Assembly (NCBI GenBank): GCA_031279635.1
Contig: JAITIC010000076.1
Coordinates: 1-55,036 of the forward strand
Source of the DNA: Treponema sp.
GTDB lineage: Bacteria > Spirochaetota > Spirochaetia > Treponematales > Breznakiellaceae
Length of the DNA: 55,036 bases
Direction: 5' to 3'
Position 1 is the stretch's first letter. Each line of letters starts with the position of its first letter. Shown here in pieces: positions 47,624-55,036 of this stretch. The notes below the pieces were generated by a model. That model saw only the letters and a list, made by a program, of their open reading frames with translations, ran no database searches and was not told the origin of the DNA. The position numbers were made by a program, and so were the translations under genes.

Positions 47624-49042
47624 TCAGCTCTTTTTGACGTTCAACAGATCCAGATGCTTGCCGATGTGGCGCTCCAGCGCACGGGCGTATGTGTCTTCCT
47701 CCTGCCGCCAGATTTTGTAGAGCCTGTCCCTGAAAGCAAAAGAACCTTCGCTGTTTTTTTTGTTGAGGATAAGCCCGTAGGTGATGTGGATAAGCTGCCG
47801 GCAGTCGTTGTTTTCAAAGAGGCCGGGCAGCTCCGCGTTGGAAAGTGAGGCAAGGCTGGGTATCTTTGAAAGGTCGGTGGTAACATGGTAGTACTTGCGG
47901 GCCTCGTCAAAAGCGGAGAGCGCATACTGGTGGACTTCCCGGTACAGGGCGGGATCAACCTGCGCGATAACCCGCACGGCCTCAAGCCAGTTGGTCCCCG
48001 CGGTTTTTATGTGGAACACGCCCCGGCTTTCCCTGCCGATGGCGGGAAACACGCTGAACTTGTCCGAGCCTGAATGGATGCTGAGTTTATATTTGAAGTG
48101 ACGGGCGATTGCCGCGTGGACTTTTATCTCTTTTTCAAACTGGGCAAGGTCGCCGATGTAGTCTATGCCTTTCTGGAATTCGCCGCAGAAACGGGGCGCC
48201 ATGGTGGCAAAGGAAACCCCCGCGTCGATCAATTCCCTGGCGACAAAGTAGTGCTGTAAGGGGGTGGTGGGAGCGCTGGTCTCGTCAATGGAGATTTCAA
48301 AATCGGCGCTGTATTTGCCGTCTTTCAAAAACCGCCCGTACATGTCCGCGGCGAAACCGATAGCCTCGCCATAAATGGCGGCGATTGCCCCAAGCTCCGC
48401 CCCGGTAAAACTCAACACAATCCCTTCGCCAATATCGAATTGCTTCCCCAGGTATTTGCCCTTATATTTTTCCGGCAGGGGCGGGACATTTGCCCCGGTC
48501 ACAGCGGTTTTAATATGATCCGAACAATCCAGAGTGATCATGGTGAATCCCAGAGACAGCGCGTATTCAACATCCTTGACCGTTTTCAGGTGGTCCCCGT
48601 CCGCGCCCCAGCCCTTTTGAAAATCTTCCCGAAACACGGCGAAGCTGGCGGCATCCAATACATCCTCGTAGGTCCGGTTTGTCAGGTTGAGTTCCCTGAT
48701 GGACTGCTGGGCAAATACCGGATAGGCGTCGTAGCACTCAAACAGTTTAATATGACCGGGGGTGGCGATGCCCAGCCGGTCCCCCAGGCCGAAGCTGCGC
48801 TCCTTGCGGAGCACCCGGCCCGGCGCAGTAAAAGGAAACAGCGCACGCAACACCCCGGCGTTTTCATGACTGAGGGGCACCCTGATTTTTCCGTCCGCGA
48901 GCCGCTCCCCCTTGAATCCATGGTCCTTTCCGGCTATTACCAGAAAATCCCCGGCGGCGTCTTTCGCCATAAAAACTTCCACTCCGGACCCTTCGGCTTT
49001 GTGAATGGATCTTTCATACACGTCAAAACCTGAATAATTCAT
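47624..49042 (-). CDS. uxaE: Tagaturonate/fructuronate epimerase UxaE
   Basis: SFGLGDRLGIATPGH, AQQSIREL, GADGDHLK, FEISIDET, GEFQKGIDY, HSGSDKFS, HIKTAGTNWLEA. Confidence 0.9.
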   Translation of the reverse strand: MNYSGFDVYERSIHKAEGSGVEVFMAKDAAGDFLVIAGKDHGFKGERLADGKIRVPLSHENAGVLRALFPFTAPGRVLRKERSFGLGDRLGIATPGHIKLFECYDAYPVFAQQSIRELNLTNRTYEDVLDAASFAVFREDFQKGWGADGDHLKTVKDVEYALSLGFTMITLDCSDHIKTAVTGANVPPLPEKYKGKYLGKQFDIGEGIVLSFTGAELGAIAAIYGEAIGFAADMYGRFLKDGKYSADFEISIDETSAPTTPLQHYFVARELIDAGVSFATMAPRFCGEFQKGIDYIGDLAQFEKEIKVHAAIARHFKYKLSIHSGSDKFSVFPAIGRESRGVFHIKTAGTNWLEAVRVIAQVDPALYREVHQYALSAFDEARKYYHVTTDLSKIPSLASLSNAELPGLFENNDCRQLIHITYGLILNKKNSEGSFAFRDRLYKIWRQEEDTYARALERHIGKHLDLLNVKKS

Positions 49043-49086
49043 AACTACTCCTGAGTTACCATAACACAAAATCAGGAGAAAATATA

Positions 49087-49260
49087 GAGCTTGTCCCAAA
49101 ACTAATTGACTGTGCGCTGGCAGTTTGTTGCGCTTCGCTCATTATAATCCCCAAAAATCGCCTTCAGGCGATTTTTTACCCTGCAAACTGTAAGCTGCTT
49201 TAGCAGCAAGCTGCCCTTTAAAAAATTGCTTTCCCAAAACTGAAGTTTTGGGAAAGCCTC
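49087..49260 (+). mobile_element. Family CD MITE whose interior is replaced by the right half of element A
   Basis: TIRs GAGCTTGTCCCAAAAC / GTTTTGGGAAAGCCTC flanked by direct repeat AATATA (49081-49086, 49261-49266). 49119-49221 is inverted element A sequence. Confidence 0.72.
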
Positions 49261-49311
49261 AATATAGAAGAATAACCGCAGCCTTCCGGCAAGCCCCCTG
49301 AGGCGGGCAGT

Positions 49312-50028
49312 TCAGAAACCGGGGCGCCGAATCACCACCAGGTGGCGTTCCTCGTCGAGCAGGGGGACCGGACAGGGGATTGCTTCCCATCCGTCCGTGA
49401 GGTGTTCCAGCGCCGCCATTTCTTCTTCGATTTTTGCGCGGCGGCCCTTGTACGCCGCGAGTACCCCGCCTTCGACGCAAAGGCGGAACAGACTTTTGAG
49501 GATAGCGGGATCAAGCGGCCTGAAAGCCCGGAAAGCGACCACGGAGAAACGGCCCGGCGCGGCCTTTTGCATATCCGCTTCTTCTACCGCCACATTGGAG
49601 AGGCTCAGCGCCGCCTGCACGTTCCGCAAAAAACCCGCCCGCCTGCCCATCCGCTCAATCAAACTGAAATTGACCGCGGGCAGGGCTATGGCCAGGGGAA
49701 TCCCCGGCAGCCCCGCACCCGAACCGACGTCGGCAACGCGCATCTCGCCGTTACCGGCTGCGGGCGCCCGCATCTCGCGGCTTTCAGGCAGCCGCTTGAT
49801 AATCCCCAGAGGAGAGAGGGAATCGAGAATGTGCCTGACGATAAGTTCCCGTGTATCACGGGCGCTTACCAGGCCGTAGGCGGGATTGAAAAGCTCAATT
49901 TCCGCGGCGTACCTTGCAAGGAGGGACAGTACCGCATCATGGCGGGGGGAAAAGAGTTTTGCAATATCCCCGTCGCTTTGCGCTAAAGCCTCCACGCCTT
50001 CGCAAAGGGCACTGTGTTTTGAATCCAT
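49312..50028 (-). CDS. rsmG: 16S rRNA m7G527 methyltransferase RsmG (GidB)
   Basis: RHILDSL, DVGSGAGLPGIPLAI, FRAF, YKG, EERHLV. Confidence 0.93.
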   Translation of the reverse strand: MDSKHSALCEGVEALAQSDGDIAKLFSPRHDAVLSLLARYAAEIELFNPAYGLVSARDTRELIVRHILDSLSPLGIIKRLPESREMRAPAAGNGEMRVADVGSGAGLPGIPLAIALPAVNFSLIERMGRRAGFLRNVQAALSLSNVAVEEADMQKAAPGRFSVVAFRAFRPLDPAILKSLFRLCVEGGVLAAYKGRRAKIEEEMAALEHLTDGWEAIPCPVPLLDEERHLVVIRRPGF

Positions 50029-50126
50029 GAGCGTGATGCAAACATACCCCGCCGTCCCTCTTCCGTGTTGCGCCACGTTAAATTCTAACCATAGCGTCCT
50101 GTTCCGCGACGCGGGATAACAGGCAC

Positions 50127-50155
50127 ATCATGGGCGCACATGAGGAGATTGTCAA
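50127..50155 (-). promoter_or_regulatory. Sigma70 promoter of rsmG
   Basis: Minus strand TTGACA-17 nt-CATGAT. The transcript would begin with hairpin CCTGTT..CCGCG-T-CGCGG-AACAGG. Confidence 0.55.
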
Positions 50156-50185
50156 CAGCCTTGTCCATCTTCTGTTTCTGCTCCA

Positions 50186-50365
50186 CCAGCAGGATGATTA
50201 GGCTAAAACTCAGGATAATTCCAAAGAAAAATAACCACGAAAATACACGGTGTTTTGGTTGCAAATCCACCTGTTTGTCCGTTCTGTCCGCGCCGTCCGT
50301 GGTTGGTTTTTCATTTCGGTATAACTCATATCGCAGAAAAATCCACAAACGCAACAGGCTGCCAG
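50186..50365 (-). repeat. Chimera: left end of A (50333-50365) fused to the body and right end of B (50186-50332)
   Basis: Reverse-complement matches to 12315-12348 and to 40477-40581 plus 40734-40769. Confidence 0.75.
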
Positions 50366-50374
50366 CGGGCCATT

Positions 50375-51175
50375 TTACAGCGTCCAATTCAGGAACAGCG
50401 CGCAGGCGGTAAAAACAAGCGCTACGGCGAAAGCCCAATAGTCAACGGATGACATTCTGATGTCCTCAAGCCAAGTCTTTGTCTTAAATGCGCCAAAACC
50501 CCGCGCGTCCATGGCGATTCCCAGCAACTGCGCCCGCCGCATTGCGCCGGTCAGCAGGGGAATTGCCAGCGACGGATAGGCCCTGAATTTATCCATCAGT
50601 GTACCCTCCTCAAAGGCCCGCATGCCCCGCAATTTCTGGGCGTCCATAATAATCCGCGCGTCTTCCTCAAAGGCCGGTATCAGGTTGAGCGCGGTAGTGG
50701 CGATATAGGCCGCCTTGTAGGGCATACCGAGTTTCGTAAGGCCCAGGGCCAGCAGGCGGGGGGAAGTGGTCATGGTAAGCATGGGCAGGAGGAGCATAAG
50801 CGCCACCAGCCGGCAGACGATCACCGCGCCAAGGACAAGGCCGTCCCATTTCAGGGAACCCATGCCGCCCACAAGCGGGACAGATTCGGGGATGAGCGGT
50901 TTGAGCGCATAACGCTCGCCGGGACCGAAGAGCGTCTGTAACACGATCACAAAAACCATTAGGGTGGATAACAATTTGATATAGGTCGTTATTTTTTTGA
51001 AAGGCAGTTTTGCCGCGAACCACAGTCCGAGAAAAGCGAGCATCAGGGCGGCGGCAACAAAGGGCTGATCTACAATAAAAACGATTAGTGTAAAAAACAA
51101 AACCAGCGTTACCTTGGTCCGGGGGTCCAGTTTGTAAAGAAAGGAGCCGTGTTCCGCATGTTCAATCGCAGTCAT
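50375..51175 (-). CDS. ecfT: Energy-coupling factor transporter T component
   Basis: SFLYKLDPRTK, TMTTSP, coupling helices AQKLRG and AMDARGF. Confidence 0.9.
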   Translation of the reverse strand: MTAIEHAEHGSFLYKLDPRTKVTLVLFFTLIVFIVDQPFVAAALMLAFLGLWFAAKLPFKKITTYIKLLSTLMVFVIVLQTLFGPGERYALKPLIPESVPLVGGMGSLKWDGLVLGAVIVCRLVALMLLLPMLTMTTSPRLLALGLTKLGMPYKAAYIATTALNLIPAFEEDARIIMDAQKLRGMRAFEEGTLMDKFRAYPSLAIPLLTGAMRRAQLLGIAMDARGFGAFKTKTWLEDIRMSSVDYWAFAVALVFTACALFLNWTL

Positions 51176-51223
51176 CGTTTTCCTTAAACAGGCTTCCGCG
51201 GGGCAGACCGCGAAATGGCCTTT

Positions 51224-52651
51224 TCAAAACAGGGAATTTTCTTCCGTTGCCTTATTCGGGAACTGAGGTTTCCGAATAAGGCCCGCTTTCAATTTTCCGT
51301 TTAATTCCCCCGCAATTTCCAGCAGCTGCTCCCTGGCGTTCTGCGCGGGATCGTCCAGTACGGTTTCCAGCAGCTCGTTAAGAATTATTCCCATGGTTTT
51401 GCCCGGACTGATTCCGATTGCCATAAGGTCTTTTCCCGAAACGGCCAAGTCCTTGAGTGAAAGGGCGCGGCTTTCGGAAAGCACCCTGTCTACCCTGCGG
51501 GTCAGGGGGAGGAGGAAGTCCGGCGGCGGTTCAGCCCCCGCAATCGCGCAGGCGTCGGCCATGCGGAGGCGGTAGAGATTTTCGAGGTTGGTCTCCCCGG
51601 CGCGGACAATAAAACGGCGCACCGCCGCATCGGTCCACTCCCCGGTGTAGTGAAACATGTGCTCCTTCACCAAGTGGCATACGGCGTCAATGAACGCGCC
51701 CGGATAACGGAGCCGGCCCAGGATGTTCCGGGCGATCTTTTCGGATTCGGCCTCGTGGTGGTAAAAGCTCCAGACGCCCTCCAGTTCCATTTTGCGCGTA
51801 ACGGGCTTTCCGGTGTCGTGTAACAGGGCCGCCGCGCGGACCTCCGGCGGGTATTGCTTTCCGGCTGCGTAATCACAGGCCAAAAGGGAATGGTCAAGTA
51901 CATCGAAACGGTGGAAGCCCTTTTGTTCAACGCCCCGGCAGGCGGCCAGTTCCGGCAGGAACAGTTCCATAAGGCCGGTTTTTTCCATGAGCAGCAAGGC
52001 GCGGGAAGGCCGGGGCGAGGCGAGAATTTTGTCCAGTTCGTCGCGGACCCGTTCGCGGGAAACTTTGGCGCTTACGGACAGCGCGGCGGGAATGGCCGCT
52101 TCGGTATGCTGCTCAAGCTCAAAGCCAAGCTGCGCGGCGAAACGGACCGCCCGCAGGGGCCGCAGCCCATCCTCGGAAAAACGTTCCTCCGCCTTTCCCA
52201 CGCAACGGATGATCCTGGCCCTGATGTCCGCTTCCCCGCCGAAGGGATCCACCGTTTCGCCGCCGGGCAGTCGCAGGGCTATGGCGTTCATCGTAAAGTC
52301 CCGGCGGGCAAGGTCCTCTTCAATGGTGGCGGCGTAACGCACAGCGTCGGGCCTGCGACCGTCGGAGTAATCGGCCTCGGTCCGGTAGGTGGTGATCTCA
52401 AGGCTTCGCCCGCGGTACAGCGCCGTTATGGTTCCGTGTTTGATCCCCGTGGGAAAAACCCTGCCCGGCGGCCTGGCCTCCCGAAAAATGGCCATCACTT
52501 CGGCGGGCGGGGCATTGGTGGCAAGGTCCCAGTCCTGTACCGCTTCTCTCCGGATCATGTCCCGCACCGCGCCCCCCACAAGGCAGACCTCTTTTTTTCT
52601 GGCGGCGAACAGCGCGGCGATTTCTTTAAGGATAGAGTGAATGGTTATCAT
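51224..52651 (-). CDS. CCA-adding tRNA nucleotidyltransferase / poly(A) polymerase family protein with HD domain
   Basis: VGGAVRD..DWDLATNA, EITTYR, DLARRDFTMNA, EDGLRPLRAVRF, LLHDTGK. Start at MITIH (52651). Confidence 0.9.
   Translation of the reverse strand: MITIHSILKEIAALFAARKKEVCLVGGAVRDMIRREAVQDWDLATNAPPAEVMAIFREARPPGRVFPTGIKHGTITALYRGRSLEITTYRTEADYSDGRRPDAVRYAATIEEDLARRDFTMNAIALRLPGGETVDPFGGEADIRARIIRCVGKAEERFSEDGLRPLRAVRFAAQLGFELEQHTEAAIPAALSVSAKVSRERVRDELDKILASPRPSRALLLMEKTGLMELFLPELAACRGVEQKGFHRFDVLDHSLLACDYAAGKQYPPEVRAAALLHDTGKPVTRKMELEGVWSFYHHEAESEKIARNILGRLRYPGAFIDAVCHLVKEHMFHYTGEWTDAAVRRFIVRAGETNLENLYRLRMADACAIAGAEPPPDFLLPLTRRVDRVLSESRALSLKDLAVSGKDLMAIGISPGKTMGIILNELLETVLDDPAQNAREQLLEIAGELNGKLKAGLIRKPQFPNKATEENSLF
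51249..51282 (-). repeat. D-type hairpin inside the 3' end of the CCA-type gene
   Basis: Perfect 11-bp stem GCCTTATTCGG / CCGAATAAGGC around GAACTGAGGTTT, a variant of AAACTGAAGTTT. Confidence 0.55.
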
Positions 52652-52662
52652 GTGGAGACAGT

Positions 52663-54075
52663 TTACCACAAGGCCAGCGTTTCCTCGTACATTTTCACGT
52701 ATTCCCTTGCCGGGGAAGTCCAACTGTGATCGCTTTTCATTGCCCGGCGTACCATGGCGTCCCAGACTTTGCGGTTTTGCCACGTTTCTTTCGCGCGGAA
52801 ACAGGCGTCGCGCATTTCGGCGGCGCTGTAGGCGGAAAACACAAAACCATTTTTCCCCTCGCCGATCGTGTCCCGCAGGCCGCCGGTTTCCCGTACTATG
52901 GGCAACGAGCCGTAGCGCAGGGCAAGCATCTGGGCGAGGCCACAGGGTTCGGCCTTGCTGGGCATCAGAAAGAGGTCGCTGCCGGCGTAGATGTTTCGGG
53001 CTATGTCCGGCAAAAAGCCGAGTCGCAGCGAACACTGCCCGCTGTGCCGCGCGGCAAGCTCCCCGAAAAAGCGCTCGTAGCCGCTGTCGCCGTAACCCAA
53101 AATCGCAAGCTGCATACCTGAGGCGATTATCTCGTCCGCGGCGCGGACCAGCAGGTCCGGCCCCTTGTGAGGCACAAAATGCGTCACCATGCCGATAAGC
53201 GGGACGTCCGCTTCGTTAAGGCCGAACATTTCCTGCAGCCGCTCCTTGCAGCGGGCCTTTCCTTCCGCGAAACTGTCGGCGTCGAAGGGCGCGGCGATTT
53301 TCATGTCTGTGGCGGGATTGTACTCTTTACCGTCTATGCCGCTTAAAATCCCACGGAGCTTAAAATCCCGCTCCCGCAGAAAACGATCCATGCCGTGGCC
53401 GTACCATGGTTCGAGAATTTCCCGCGTGTAGGAGGGGGACACGGTGCTTACAATATCGGCGGCCTCAATAGCGCCCTTCATATAATTGACAATACCGTCG
53501 TATTCCACTATGCAGAAATTCTCGCTGCCAATTCCCAGCACCCCGTCGACCATCTCCGGCCCGTACTTTCCCTGGTACTGGACATCGTGAATAGTAAAAA
53601 TCGATTTCATCCTGACAAACTTCGCGTAACAGCGGTACTTGAGGTTGAGATATACCGGAGAAAGGGCGGTCTGCCAGTCGTTGCAGTGGAGTATGTCCGG
53701 GGCAAAGTCAAGATGGCGGATGGCTTCAAGAACGGCTCGGGCGAAAAAGGCGAAGCGTTCCCCGTCGTCATAGTAACCGTAAAAGCCGGGACGCTTAAAG
53801 TAGTATCCGTTATCAAGAAAATAATAGGTAACGTCTTCCCTTTTCAATTCAAAAATGCCGCAGTACTGGTTGCGCCAGCTTACGGGAACGGTAAAATTCG
53901 TCACATAACGCATCAGTTTCCGCCACTCCGCTTTCATGTTGTCGTACAGCGGGAGTATCACCCTGATATCCACCTGCAGCCACCTGAGACTCGTGGCGAG
54001 ACTACCGGTCATGTCACCTAATTTGCCCGATGTAAAAAACGGGTAGGCTTCGCTGGAAGCGAACAGAACGTTCAT
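52663..54075 (-). CDS. glgA: Glycogen synthase homologue with altered active-site motifs
   Basis: GT5 motifs DDGERFAFF, HCNDWQT, TVSPSY, MPSKAEPCGLAQM, VRETGGLRDT. KxGGL is changed to TSGKL. Confidence 0.85.
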   Translation of the reverse strand: MNVLFASSEAYPFFTSGKLGDMTGSLATSLRWLQVDIRVILPLYDNMKAEWRKLMRYVTNFTVPVSWRNQYCGIFELKREDVTYYFLDNGYYFKRPGFYGYYDDGERFAFFARAVLEAIRHLDFAPDILHCNDWQTALSPVYLNLKYRCYAKFVRMKSIFTIHDVQYQGKYGPEMVDGVLGIGSENFCIVEYDGIVNYMKGAIEAADIVSTVSPSYTREILEPWYGHGMDRFLRERDFKLRGILSGIDGKEYNPATDMKIAAPFDADSFAEGKARCKERLQEMFGLNEADVPLIGMVTHFVPHKGPDLLVRAADEIIASGMQLAILGYGDSGYERFFGELAARHSGQCSLRLGFLPDIARNIYAGSDLFLMPSKAEPCGLAQMLALRYGSLPIVRETGGLRDTIGEGKNGFVFSAYSAAEMRDACFRAKETWQNRKVWDAMVRRAMKSDHSWTSPAREYVKMYEETLALW

Positions 54076-54788
54076 ACCGTTTTGTGGAACCGCTCCGCGG
54101 CGGCTGTGAAGCTGTCCATCAGGGCCGGATCAAACTGAATGCAGCTTCCCGCTTTTATTATCTGGGCCGCCCGGTCCGGGGGGAAGGCCCGTTTGTAGGG
54201 CCGCTCTGAACTAAGGGCGTCGTAGACATCCACTATTGCCAGCAACCTGCCCTGCAGGGGAATGTTTGATCCGGCGATTCCCCGCGGGTAGCCTGTGCCG
54301 TCCCACCTTTCGTGGTGCGTACCGACAATGATCTTGGCGTGGGTCAAAAAATCGCTTTCTCTGGCGTTTTGCTGGATTTTTTCGATTATCATTTCGCCGA
54401 AGGTGGTATGCTTTTTAATCTCCGCGAATTCTTCCTGCGTCAGGGGGCCGTCCTTCATTAAAATGCTGTCCTTGACGCCGATTTTTCCCACATCGTGCAG
54501 TTCGGCGGCCTTGAGGAACAGTTTTATATCCCAGGCGCTCAGCTCGTCCCGGTACACCCCCCTGTGGGTCATTTCGTTCACCAGGAGGGTCAAAAAACGG
54601 TTGATCCGCTGCACATGGCTGTCGGCGATATCGTTCCTGCATTCAATAAGGTTGCTTATGGTGCTGAGCATCGCATCTTGCAGTTCCTGCAAAGCCTCGT
54701 TTTTTTCCACTAATCGTGAGAGCTTTTTCGCGCCGCCCACCGCGACAAGACCGTTTCCCGGTACCATTTTTTTTTGATCTGACTGCAT
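54072..54788 (-). CDS. Stand-alone HD-GYP phosphodiesterase
   Basis: LHDVGKIG, HHERWDGTGYP, IVDVYDAL..ERPYK, QFDP. ATGA overlap with glgA. Confidence 0.9.
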   Translation of the reverse strand: MQSDQKKMVPGNGLVAVGGAKKLSRLVEKNEALQELQDAMLSTISNLIECRNDIADSHVQRINRFLTLLVNEMTHRGVYRDELSAWDIKLFLKAAELHDVGKIGVKDSILMKDGPLTQEEFAEIKKHTTFGEMIIEKIQQNARESDFLTHAKIIVGTHHERWDGTGYPRGIAGSNIPLQGRLLAIVDVYDALSSERPYKRAFPPDRAAQIIKAGSCIQFDPALMDSFTAAAERFHKTV

Positions 54789-55036
54789 ATATTCTCCCCG
54801 CAATCTCTCTTGAAGGGACCGAAAAACACCGGTTTTATAGTATCCCTCTATACATTATATTATATTGTTTTTTGGGAAAAAAACAAGGTTTTGACTTTTG
54901 CCAATATGCAACCTTTGCTAAGGAGTTGTTGATAAATAACTTGATTATTTGTTTGAGGATATAATATAGTTCCAATCAGGGCATGTCGTTTCCCTTTTTA
55001 TGTTTATTTTCTCAAAATCATCATCGCTGACCTTGA

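Noticed and set aside
49115-50367. The two ends of element A bracket rsmG as an 18-bp inverted repeat, resembling a gene-carrying transposon
   Set aside because: No flanking direct repeat, and the right half lies wholly inside a CD element with its own duplication, so two independent partial copies are more likely.
54790-55036. AT-rich end region with several TATAAT boxes
   Set aside because: Probably promoter DNA, but no single -35/-10 pair could be assigned with confidence.

Overview
Chromosomal segment of a spirochete, most likely a Treponema-like lineage, judged from gene order and protein motifs. From left to right: (1) 1-3.7 kb is a decaying catabolic island with five consecutive damaged genes: dctQ cut by an IS200/IS605-type end, dctP with a single amber stop, a frameshifted AraC regulator, a DUF917 fragment and an internally deleted pepD. 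(2) 3.7-13.4 kb is an intact + strand run: a variant cysK, an aminotransferase, a D-2-hydroxyacid dehydrogenase, a 1448-aa double-activase/dehydratase fusion with the architecture of the anaerobic plasmalogen synthase PlsA-PlsR, then cysE and era. (3) 13.6-37.7 kb is a 24-gene - strand cluster mraZ-rsmH-ftsL-murF-mraY-ftsWQAZ-xerD-TPR-dprA-topA-xerC-hslVU-flgBC-fliEFGHIJ. (4) 37.8-55 kb is mixed: hypotheticals, a heterodimeric ABC exporter, a vapBC-like remnant, a transketolase scrap, potD, uxaE, rsmG, ecfT, a CCA-type enzyme, a degenerate glgA and an HD-GYP protein. The most unusual signal is non-coding. Most long intergenic gaps are built from a few families of 25-320 bp palindromic MITE/REP-like modules (labelled A, B, CD, E, F here). 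They nest inside one another, show target-site duplications, repeatedly begin at host stop codons, and include a hairpin with a conserved loop and covarying stems. No rRNA, tRNA or CRISPR array was seen. All homology calls come from motif recognition by eye, not database searches.
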